From: Sminthopsis crassicaudata
Taxonomy: Eukaryota
Length of the DNA stretch: 64,000 bases
Direction of reading: 5' to 3'
Assembly: GCF_048593235.1 (NCBI RefSeq)
Contig: NC_133617.1
Location: forward strand, 388,992,067-389,056,066
Part shown: piece by piece, positions 13,702-24,932 of the stretch
How positions within the stretch are numbered: position 1 is the stretch's first letter
Layout: the number at the start of each line of letters is the position of its first letter
Notes under the pieces: generated by a model
The model's database searches: none
Told to the model about the DNA's origin: nothing
What the model saw: the letters and a program-made list of their open reading frames with translations, nothing else
Program-made: the position numbers and the translations under genes

Positions 13702-15337
13702 ATACCCCCTTTCTTGCATGACCCATGATTAGAGTCCTTTGATACCATGCAAAAGTGCTTCCTACAGCTTTGAGCCTGAAGAGATGACAGGAGAAGGGCC
13801 ATTTGACCCTATCTCAGCAGGGAATGCAGGGTGGGAGATAGCAGCCTTCTCCCCTGTTGTACAGGAACACTAGCCTGCCTGGGCCTGCTGTACCCAAGAT
13901 GAGAACCTCCTATTTCAGCTTTGACCATGTGTGCTCAGGTTCTTCCCTGGAAGAGGTAGAAGCCCAGAGGTTATCCTCACATGACTTTTGTCACACAAGG
14001 AAGTAGCAGGGCAGCTTAACTATTTGCCCTCTAGCCCTCAAACATCTGCCTTCTTCCTCCCAGAATGGCCCTTTATCAGGAAGCCAACAGAGGAAGGAGT
14101 CTTGATCTGGTTACTCTTAATCCAGAGACACGGATCCAAGCACAAACACAGAGAAGTATACAGACAGAGAAATATAGAAGAATACACACAGGTACATACA
14201 AGAATATAGTGAAGTATAGAGTAGCTAAATGGGGAAGTGAACAGAACACTGGACCTGGAATCCGGAATACTTAAGTTCAAACCTAGCTTCTGACACTTAT
14301 TAGGACAAATCACTTACCCTAGGTTTGTCTCAATTTGCTCATCTTTAAAATGGGGACAATAATAGCATCTACTTCCCAGGATTGTTGTGAGGATCAAAAA
14401 GTGATAATAATTATAAAAACATGATACATGTTATGTAAATGTAAGCTATCATCATCATCATTATTATTAGAGATGTACACAGATTTGCATACTCTGTAGC
14501 TAGAAATACAAATCTTTCCCTTTTTAACAGATTTCTGTATTTGTTATGTTGTGCAAGAAAAATCAAACAAAAAAGGGAGAAAAGCACAAGAAAGAAAAAA
14601 AAAAACATTTAATCTCCATAGTTCTCTCTCTGGATGCAGATGGCATTTTCTATCCCAAGTCTATTGGAATTGTCTTGAATCACTGCATTGCTGAAAAGAT
14701 CCAAGTCCATCCCAGTTGATTGTCACACAATTTCAATTACTGTGTACAGTGTTCTCTTGGTTCTGCTCACTTCACTGAGCATTAGTTCATGTAAGTTTTT
14801 CCAGGCTTTTCTGAAATAAGGCTGTTCATCATTTCTTATGGAACAATAATATCCCATTACATTCATATACATAACTTATCCAGCCATTCCCCAGTTGGTG
14901 GGCATTCACTCTATTTCCAGTTTCTTGCCACTGGAAAGAATGTTGCTATAAAAATTTTTGCACACATGAGTTCTTTTCCTGTTAAAAACACACATTCTAA
15001 TCAGTAGGTTTTTTTTTTTTTTTTTTGCATATGTTCAGAATGATATCCATCTTTAGTTCCTGCTTCCCTAGGGTTCTTTGGTCAGCAGAAATAGGGTCTG
15101 CTGGAGTAGAAGCACTTGTAAAAAACTTGACATATAAATTTCTCTTATATAACAGAATTACTTTCAGAGTCTTAAAGCTGGAGTTTCTTCAGTAGTTGAG
15201 ATAGTCTTAAGACAGTTTTGCTCTCCTATCCTTTTGAAAGTAATTAATAAAGAACTTCATTGTTAAGGATTATTCATTGTTTGGGTCCCTATTACACATT
15301 CTACAAGCATGCCCATGTCCTCTCAAAGTGTCTTAAG

Positions 15338-15477
15338 GGGGCAGCTAGGTGGCTCAGTGGATAGAGCACCAGCCCTGAATTCAGGAGGACCTGAGTTCAA
15401 ACCTGGTCTCAGGCACTTAACACTTCCTAGCTGTGTGACCCTAGGCAAGTAACCCCAGCCTCAGGGGAAAAAAAAAA
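15338..15477 (+). mobile_element. WSINE1-type tRNA-derived SINE
   Basis: A box (GGTGGCTCAGTGG), B box (GAGTTCAAACC), poly(A) tail; 13-bp TSD AAAGTRTCTTAAG at 15325-15337 and 15478-15490 (1 mismatch). Confidence 0.9.
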
Positions 15478-16169
15478 AAAGTATCTTAAGATGTGGGAGT
15501 AGTACCCATATGGGGTCAAATAACTGAATGTGGGGGGTTAGAAAAACTTGACAACAGCAAAAAGTATCAAATATTCCACCAAGATCTAATTCTTTATGTA
15601 AAAATAAGCACATCCACTTCATTAGTATACAAATTTGCTTTTGGATTTAGCAAATGGGCAAAATTATATGTATACCAAAGAATTGTTCTAGAGGAGGCAA
15701 GAAGGAAGTGGGTAGCTGAGAATGGCTTTCAGAGTTTTTCAAACAGCTGAAAGTTTGTCATGTGGAATGGAGATTCAACTTCTTTCCTTTGGTCCAAAGA
15801 GCAAAACAGACCAATTAGGAACTACAAGAGGGCAGGTTTTAGAAAACAAAATCCTTTTGTTACCTTAGAGCTATTCAAAAGTGGAATGAAAGGGTGAGTT
15901 GAGTTCCCTATCAGAGGGAACCTCCCTCTAAGCACTGGATACTCCACTTTCTGGTCCAAAATCCAGGAGTCAGACTCACTAGCTATGTGACAAAGACAAG
16001 TCACATCCCTTAAATGGGGTTTGGTTTTCTACTCTTAAAAACCAGAGAGGGTAATAAACTACACTATATAGGTGACAGGGATTTTTTGGTAAGAGGAGAT
16101 TGAAAAGTGCTATAGAACTAAACACAGGTGTGTTATTATTAAATGTTAAATTAAAAATAAATTAAATTA

Positions 16170-17290
16170 TTAAATAAATTACTAAATCCAAGGCAATCCC
16201 AATAAACTTTGGGTAGAAAACATTATCTACATCCAGAAAGAAAACTATGAAGATTGAATGTAAATCAACACACACAATGTTCATTTTTTTGTTTTTTTCT
16301 TCTGTTGTGATTTTTCCCTTTTGTTCTGATTTTTCTCTCCCAACGTAATTCACTAAGAAATGTATATTTAAAAATTAATATACATGTGTAGTCAGAAACA
16401 AAATTTAAAAATTTTAAAAGTCAATAAACATTTAATAAGTGCTTACTATGTACCAAGTAGTGTTAAGTATTAAAGGCACTATGTTAATTATAATAATGAA
16501 TATTATTGTTATAATAATTATTATATCTTCTTAACTTCTTTAATGGAGTTCTGATAGATAGGTTTCTGACACAAGTCACTATCCTGCAATTATTCTTTTT
16601 TTTAATTTTTAAAGCTTTTTATTTTTAAAACAGATAGTTTTCAGCAGTCACCCTTGCAAAACCTTGTGTCCAAATTTTTTTTGACCTCCCTTCTTCCCAC
16701 ACCTTCCCTAGATGGCAAGTAATCCAATATATATTAAATACGTGCAATTTTCTATACATATTTCCACAATTATCATGCTGCACAAGAAAAATCAGATCAA
16801 AAAGGAAAAAAAATGGGAAAGAAAACAAAATGCAAGCAATAACAATTTAAAAAACCCTGAAAATACTATGTTTTGATACATACTCAGTCCCCACAGATCT
16901 CTCTCTGGATGCAGATGGCTCTTTTTATCACAAGACCATTGGAACTGGCCTGAATCACCTAGCTGTTGAAAAGAACCACATCCATCAGAATGTATCATTG
17001 TATGATCTTGTTGTTGCTTTGTACATTGTTCTCTTGGTTGTACTCTTTTCACTCAGCATCAATTCATGTAAGTCTCTCCAGGCCTCTCTGAAATCATCCT
17101 GCTGAATATTTCTTATAGAATAATAATATTCCATTACATTCATATATCATAACTTATTCAGCCTTTTCCCAACTGATGGGCATTGACCTGAGTTCCAGTT
17201 CTTTGCTCTAAAAAGGCTGCTAAAAACATTTTTGCAGACATGGGAGTCCTTTTCCCTTTTTTATGATCTCTTTCAGATACAAGCCTAGTA
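16170..17290. mobile_element. L1 3' fragments, + (about 16170-16400) and - (about 16600-17290)
   Basis: Same marsupial L1 3' UTR motifs as elsewhere in the window. Confidence 0.7.
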
Positions 17291-17462
17291 GAGACTACCT
17301 GCAATTATTTTATTTTTAATGTTCTCAAGACTATTGAATAGGCAGGTAAAATGACTGCTTTTCATAACTAAATAACACTATCAGGATGCAAACTCATCTT
17401 TTTCTCTGTTCACAGAAAGTAATTTCTGTATAACTAACTCCCAAAGCAGAATAGGGATGATA

Positions 17463-17706
17463 TAGTTGTTCAGAATTTTAGTCATGTCTGAGCTCTTTGT
17501 GACACATTTGGGGTTTTCTTGGCAAAGATACTGGAGTGATTTGCCATTTCCCTCTTCAGCTCATTTGGCAGATGAGGAAACTGAGGCACACAAGGTTAAA
17601 TTACTTGTCCAGGGTAACACAGCTAGTAAGTGTCTGAGGCTGAATTTGAACTCAGGTCTTCTTGCTTGCAGGTCCAGCACTCTATCCACTGTGTTACCTA
17701 GCTGTC
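17463..17706 (-). mobile_element. Mar1-type CORE-SINE
   Basis: tRNA head, CORE (GAGGAAACTGAGGC) and RTE-like tail (GGGGTTTTCTTGGCAAAGATACTGGAG). Confidence 0.8.
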
Positions 17707-18829
17707 CCAGGGAAGATATACATCTCAATTTTATCTGTTATAACTCTCCAGGTCCAATAGGATTAATTTGTTGAATTCTCAAAACATCTTGTCTCTATCA
17801 GTAGTTTGTGAATTTATTGTCTGCTAGTTTACAAGGGATAGTAATTTTCTAGTGTATAATTCTAGCTACCTGATTGTGTCTTTTTATGATGTTGAGAGGT
17901 GCTAAATGTGACCTACAAAAACAATAGTTTCTACTATTTCCTTGTTTAATCTGCCCTGATAATAAATCCAGGTTTTTGAGATAACCTCCCAGTAATTTCT
18001 GGTAACAATAACCTGGTTTCTAATCATAATCATAAAGCCTCCAGTTTCTATAGTCAAATATGAATGACTCAGTGGTTTAATGCTTCCTTGGTTCCCTATT
18101 CTCAGTTGAGTCCATATGAACTGCTTTTCATGGAAGATGTTTTGGTTCCACTTTTGGACCTTAGCCATTACACATGCTCCGTCCAGAAATCAAGGAAGCA
18201 TCGGTCACATTCAACAAATCTAGTAACATGTACTCATCATCAGTGGTGATACTCCTCTGAGAAGTAGTAATCTATTAGTACAGGAAGTCTATCTGTAATT
18301 TATGATCTTTATGTGATGTAATCTGGGAACTTCTATCAATCCTCTTCCTCCTTTTTGACAAGGAAGTGTTACTATTTCGAGAGACTCTAAAATGACCATT
18401 TGGCTGGGTTCCTTTGGGCCAGGGCACACTCCTCCCTTGGTCCTGTGCCCAAACACATCTAGTCATTGATCTCTAGGAAATTCTCACCTCTGGTGACAGA
18501 GGGTTCTCCTTTTTTATTTTGGTTTTTTAAGTTACCAGACATCCATGGATAATTTTTAATTCTAGTAAATTCGGTAACAGCTCACAAGTCTAGAGCTCTC
18601 CCAAGAGGGTGGAAGTAAAAGAGATTCTTAATGAACAATATGAATCAGGGTTTATTCTTACACAGAAAGAAATGCTAAGCATGAAAAAAATCACAATGAG
18701 AAATAAGAGTTTTAAAAGGACTTGGAAACCTAAAACTATAGTAACAAAAGATTGAGAAAAGAATATTTAAAATAATTTAACTGAGAAGAGAATTTAAATA
18801 ATTCAATACCATTCTACATTTCACTTCAG

Positions 18830-19860
18830 CTTGGCCTTCCATCCCCAGAACTATCATCCTCTATCTGCCCTTTGTAATTAAATTCTTCAAAAAAGCATCT
18901 ACTATATGGCTTCTGACCTTATCATTCCATTGAAACTGCTCTCTCCAAAGTTGCCAATGATCTCCTAGTTACCAAACCCAGTAAGTCTTTCTCAATCTTC
19001 TTTCTCCTCAATCTCTCTGCCATTGTTTATTGATCATTTTCTCCTTCTTGGCACACTCTTCTCTCCAGGTTTTTAGGACACTTCTCTTTTTTGGCTCTCC
19101 TTCTGCCTATCCAATCCCTCTTTCTCTGTCTCCTTTTCTGGATCCTCTTCCAGGTCACATCTTCTAACTATAAATGTTTCTGTCCTCAATACTACTTCAC
19201 TTGATTTCATCAGCTCCCCTGGATTAAATTATCTTTTCTACACCGATTATTCTCAAATCTATCTGACATGCCCCAAACTCTCTATTGACATCCAATTTTT
19301 CTCCAGCTTCAGCTGCCTTTCAGATATCTCAAACTGGATGTTCAGTATATATCTACAACTCAACATGTCCAAATGAAAGCCATTATTTCCCCCCCATACC
19401 CTCCCTAACTTTTATATTATTATTTCAGAGAGAAATACATGTTCCTGGTCTCAGGTTTGCAACCTTGGAGTCAGTTCAGATTCCTCACTATCTTTCATTT
19501 CCCATCTCCAATTAATTGTCAAGGCCTATCAATTTTATCTTTACAAGATCTACCCAATATGCCCACTTCTCTCCTGTGACACTGCCACTGTTCTAATGCA
19601 TGTCCCTACTATCTCACATCTGGAATATGGCAACACCCTGGTGGTAAGTCTGCCCACCTCAATCCATCCTTCTTGTAGACACTACAATGGTTTTCCTAGA
19701 TTCAACCATGTCTCCCCACCTTAATCCCTATCCCTCACTCAATAAATTCCAGTGGCTCTTTGTTGCCTCCAGGAACAAATATAAAATCCTCTGTTTGGCA
19801 TTCAAAGTTCTTCATAAGTTAGGCCCCTCCTATCTTTCTAGCCATCTTACACCTTTCATG
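18830..19860 (+). mobile_element. L2 LINE remnant
   Basis: Translation IETALSKVANDLLV near 18930 is the L2 RT motif; pyrimidine-rich L2 3' region follows. Confidence 0.7.
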
Positions 19861-20500
19861 CAAAATGTTGGTGGAGTTGTGAATGGATCCAACCATTCTG
19901 CAGAACAATTTGGAACTATGCTCAAAAAGTTATCAAACTGTCATAACCTTTGATCCAGCAGTGCTACTACAGGGCTTATATCCCAAAGAGATCTTAAAGA
20001 AGGGAAAGGGACCCACGTGTGCAAAAATGCTTGTGGCAATTTTTTGTAATGGCAAAGAATAGGAAGGTAAGTGAGTGCCCATCAACTGGAGAATGGCTGA
20101 ATAAGTTGTGGTATATGAAGGTATATTGTTGTGTAAGATGAGCAGGCTGATTTTAGAAAAGCCTGGAAAGATTTACATGGAATAATAATGAGTGAAGTGA
20201 GCAGAACCAGGAAACATTATACACAGCAACAAGAAGATTGTGTGATGATCAACTATGATAGACTTGGCTCTTTTTAGCAAGTCAGTGATTCAAGGCAATT
20301 CCAGTAAACTTTGCATGAAAAATGCCACCCATATCCCCTATGGAGACTAAATGTAAATTGAAGCATACTATTTTCACTTTTTTTCCCCTTTCTTTTTTTT
20401 TTTTTTTTCTAATGGTTTGTCCCTTTTGTTCTGATTTTTCTCTTCTAACATGTCTCATATAGAAATACGTAAAAAATGAATACACATGTCTAACCTAAAA
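19850..20500 (+). mobile_element. L1 ORF2 end and 3' UTR
   Basis: NHSAEQFGTMLKK / YPKEILKKGKGPTC-type L1 C-terminal sequence. Confidence 0.8.
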
Positions 20501-22859
20501 TATAAATAATGAAATAAAAATGCATAGTCTAAATAACAGGCAAAAAAATTCATTTATTAAGTAAGTACTTATTTGCAAGAAGCTAAAAATACCAAAATAA
20601 GAATAAAAGGAGAATCATTTTCTGTCTTTAAGGAACTTAATTCTCCTAGAATGGCATAAGATTGTAACATATATAAACAGATGAGTAAATTGCAAATAAT
20701 TTGAGAAAGCTCATTAGAAACTTAGATAAAGAAAAGCTTAGCTTAAGATTTTAAGATCAAAATTTGATCTGAGCTTTGAAAGAAGGCAAATAGTCTAAGA
20801 AATGGAGGTAAAAAAAGCATAGGAAACAGTTTAAGCCAAAACATAGAAGAGGAGGTGCAGAGAATTGGGCTTGTCCTAGCTAGATCTCTGTGTATCTGAA
20901 ATACAATCATGTGACATAAGTATAGAAATTGAGAAAAGTTAAAGAGTTTATAGTTTATCATAGAGGCTGAAGAGCCACTGAATGATTTTCAAGTGAGGTA
21001 GCTAAGCTTTGGCAGCTCTATGGTGGATAGTTTAGAGAGGTTGGGAAGGCTAGAAGCGAGAGAGCTAATTAGGAAATTATTGAAATAGTTAACATACTTT
21101 TTTCCATTTTTTATTTTATTTTTTAAAAATACATTATTTCTTTTATGAATCATGTTGGGAGAGAAAAATCAGAACAAAAGGGAAAAACCATTGGAGAGAA
21201 AAAAACAAAAAAGAAGTGAACTCAGCTTTGTTGATTTACATTCAATCTCTCATGTTCTTTTTCTGGTGATAGCTGGCATTTTCTATCCAAAGTTTATTCG
21301 GAACTGCCTTGGATAGTCAATAGATTTGTGATAGAGCCATCTGCATCCAAAAAGGGGATTGTGGACACTGAATGTGGATCACAATATAGTATTTTCACCT
21401 TTTTTGTTGTTGTTGCTTGCTTATTTTTTCTTTCTCATTGTTTTATTTTTAACTTGTTTTTTTTTTTTTGTGTGTGCAGCATGATAAATGTGGAAATATG
21501 TACAGAAGAATTGCACATGTTTAACATATATTGCATTGTTTCTATTTCGGGGAGGAAGAAAAATTTGCAACACAAGTTTTTGCAAGGATGAATATTGAAA
21601 ACTACCTTTGCATGTATTTTTGAAAATAAAATGCTATTATTTTAAAAATTATTGAAATAGTCAAGAAGAGGGGATGAAGGCATAAACTAGAAGAATGGCC
21701 AAATGAACAGAGGGAGGAAAAGGAGGAAGGGAATTCAACCAACTATGGTAGATTTGATTATTCTTGTTTATAGATTAGATATGGAGAAGGAAGAGTCAAG
21801 GATGATTCTGTGAGTGTGAAACAATCACTGGAAGATGCATCATCTTTTCCAGTCCTATTTTTTTTTCCAGAAGAGGGAATTAAAAGCCATTGATGACCAA
21901 GAAGCATTTATTATTAAAATGAAATGAATAAATTATTTGTTTAGTACTTTATGCCAAATAGAAGGGAAAAACTTGTAACCTTTAAGATCATATAAGTAGT
22001 AAGCAGCAGAATGAAATATGAATTTGGATTCCCTGATTCCAAATTGAGCTCTCCGACTCCACACTTTTGTTTGCCTCTATCATAGAAACATCCAAGCAAA
22101 GGTTTAGTTGAATTCCCCTCAAGTACAATCCATACCCTTCCCTAAATAATTAAAAGAACATAAAAGATTTCTACCTGAAAGTTAATACAAGCTTATATTC
22201 CAGTATTTTTCCATTTTTAAAAGAAAGAATGATGTATCCTTTGTAAATTAATATCCACACTTCCTGACATTTTGTTGCTAATTCATGTTGTAATAATCAT
22301 GTATATTATTCTTTTGGATATTTTTGTTTCACTGTCTCACACTTTATTTAAAAAGTTTTTTTTTTAATTTTATTTTGCTTTCAAACAAAATCAGCCTTTC
22401 TCCTTCTTACTCTCCCTTCAGCACTGAAAAAACAAGAAAAATAAAACTCTTATTGAAAACATATATAGTGAAACAAAATCAATTCCTTCATCAACTATAT
22501 CCCCCCAAAAAGCCTCAATCTGTACTGGAGTCTATCACCTCTTTCTTAGGAGAGGTGGTCTGCCTGCTTTTCCACAGATCTTTCCTTACATTCATTATTC
22601 CTTATGGAATATTCAATCACATCAATCTATCACAGTTCTTTTTAGCCATTCTCCAATGGCGTATTTCTTGTTTGTTATTAAAAATAGTGCCACTGTGAAT
22701 ATTGGGTCTCTCCCTAAGTCACTACCTTAGTCAACCTCAAAGGTGCTGACCCACATTGGCAGAAAGAGCTGCCCCAACTGGGAGTTCACTATACCAGTAC
22801 TGTCACAGATACAGTCCCTATCTCCTATATGCTAAGCACTGGTGATACAAAAACAAAGA

Positions 22860-23660
22860 TGGTTGGGAGGTTCAGCAAAGAGATGATTCAGACAAGTTCT
22901 AATAATGTTGTCATGAAGAGAGCCATCTACACCCAGAGAGAGGACTGTAGGAACTGAGTATGAATCAGAATGTAGCATTTTCACTTCTTTTATTGTTGTT
23001 GGCTTGAATTTTATTTTCTTTTTCATTTTTCTCCCTTTTTGAAATGATTTTTCTTGTGCAGCAAGATAATTGTATAAATATGTATGCCTAAACTAATTTA
23101 CATATGTTTTACCATGTTTAATATATATTAGATTATTTGCCATCTAGGGGAAAGGGTGTGGGGGGTAGAAATTGGAACAGAAGGTTTTGCAAGGGTCAGT
23201 GGTGAAAAATTATCCTTGCATATGTTTTGAAAATAAAAAGCTTTAATAAAAAATTATCTTGCTGCACAAGAAAAATCAGATCAAAAAGTTTAAAAAAAGG
23301 AGAAAGATAATAAAATTCAAGTAAAGCACAACAAAAAGAATGAAAATACTATGTTGTGATCTACTCTCAGTTCCCACAGTCCTCTCTGGGTACAGATGGC
23401 TCTCTTCATTATAAGATCATTGAAATTGGCCTGAATCATCTCATTGTTGGAAAGAGCCAAGTCCATCAGAATTGATCATTTAATCTGATCTGATTTTTCT
23501 TGTGCAATATGATGAATATGGAAATATGTTTAGAAAACTGCACATTTGCTTGCTGTCTTGGGTGGGGAAAGGGATAAAAATTTGGAATACAAGGTTTTGC
23601 AAAGGTTAATGTTGAAAAGTATCTTTGCATGTATCTGGAAAAATAAAATATTATTTTTTA
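22860..23660. mobile_element. Three L1 3' UTR fragments in +/-/+ arrangement
   Basis: Homologous segments in opposite orientation, e.g. GATTTTTCTTGTGCAGCAAGATAATT near 23046-23071 and its reverse complement near 23232-23258. Confidence 0.75.
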
Positions 23661-23721
23661 AAATGGAAAAAAAAAGTAATGAAATCATAGGGCAAAAGAC
23701 TGATACACCTTTCCAGTAGCA

Positions 23722-23965
23722 ATGGGCAGCTAGGTGGCATAGTGGAAAGAATGCTGGTCCTGAAGTCAGGAGGACCTGAGTTCAATCTGACCTCAGACAT
23801 TTACTAACTGTAAGACCTGGGAAAGTCACTTTAACCTGCTTGCCTCAGTTTCTTCATCTGTAAAGAGCTAGAGAAAGAAATGGCCAATCATTCCAATATC
23901 TTTGCCAAGAAAACCCCAAATGGGGTCATAGAGAATCGGATACAACTGAAATGACTCAAGAAGTT
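23722..23965 (+). mobile_element. Mar1-type CORE-SINE
   Basis: GGGCAGCTAGGTGGCATAGTGG head, B box, CORE, and TTGCCAAGAAAACCCCAAATGGGGTCA tail. Confidence 0.8.
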
Positions 23966-24164
23966 CTAGTAGCAATGGCAGATTTAATTCTGATTCTGGG
24001 ACTAAAGAGGGATGATGTATGGAAGTAGAAAGGAAATGGTGGGTGAGTAAATTATAGCAGGGGCGGGGGCAGGGGCACACATATGAAGCAGAAAAGGTTA
24101 AATTCCTCAGGATTTTGGTCTAAATAGCAAGGAACTAGACAGAGACAGAATAACAACACACAGA

Positions 24165-24447
24165 NNNNNNNNNNNNNNNNNNNNNNNNNNNNNNNNNNNN
24201 NNNNNNNNNNNNNNNNNNNNNNNNNNNNNNNNNNNNNNNNNNNNNNNNNNNNNNNNNNNNNNNNNNNNNNNNNNNNNNNNNNNNNNNNNNNNNNNNNNNN
24301 NNNNNNNNNNNNNNNNNNNNNNNNNNNNNNNNNNNNNNNNNNNNNNNNNNNNNNNNNNNNNNNNNNNNNNNNNNNNNNNNNNNNNNNNNNNNNNNNNNNN
24401 NNNNNNNNNNNNNNNNNNNNNNNNNNNNNNNNNNNNNNNNNNNNNNN
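24165..24447. other. Assembly gap (283 N)
   Basis: Run of N in the sequence. Confidence 1.
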
Positions 24448-24932
24448 TCATATCATCTCAGTAGTCTATTTTTATCATATGTAATATTCTCTTTGTCCCA
24501 GAGGGTTAAAAATTCATCCCCTAACCACAGTTGTGAGTGACATCTAATTCTCTTTTAACCTTTAAATGGTGTAACTCTTTATCGTCCAGTATTCTTTCTA
24601 ACTCTACCACAACTGTCCTTGCTCAGGTCTCTGACAACTGGAGGAATTTGCCTCTTCTGCCGAACTCCTCTTAGAGCAGTCCCCTGCCTCTGAGGCTCTG
24701 ATGACGTATAGGAGAGGTCAGAAGGAAGTAGAGATACGTCTGGGGGAATTTAGGGCTCCAGCCCCAGGCAGATCTTCCTGGTATGAGACTTGAGTGGTCA
24801 GCAGGGAGGAAACAACCAGGTAAGAAATCTCCTGGCAGCCTGCCAGGAGGCCATACTCTGGGATCTAGCCCCACCCTCTCTCTCCATCTGCTTAAGAAGG
24901 TGATGAGAGCCCAGGGAATCACACAGAGCAGG

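Noticed and set aside
13200-13802. Recurrent short ORFs with [19 protein letters not shown] and FDPA motifs across the window
   Set aside because: Fragments of L1 ORF2, not host genes.
16008-16017. Perfect CArG box CCTTAAATGG
   Set aside because: It lies in a SINE remnant far from any muscle gene and is expected by chance.
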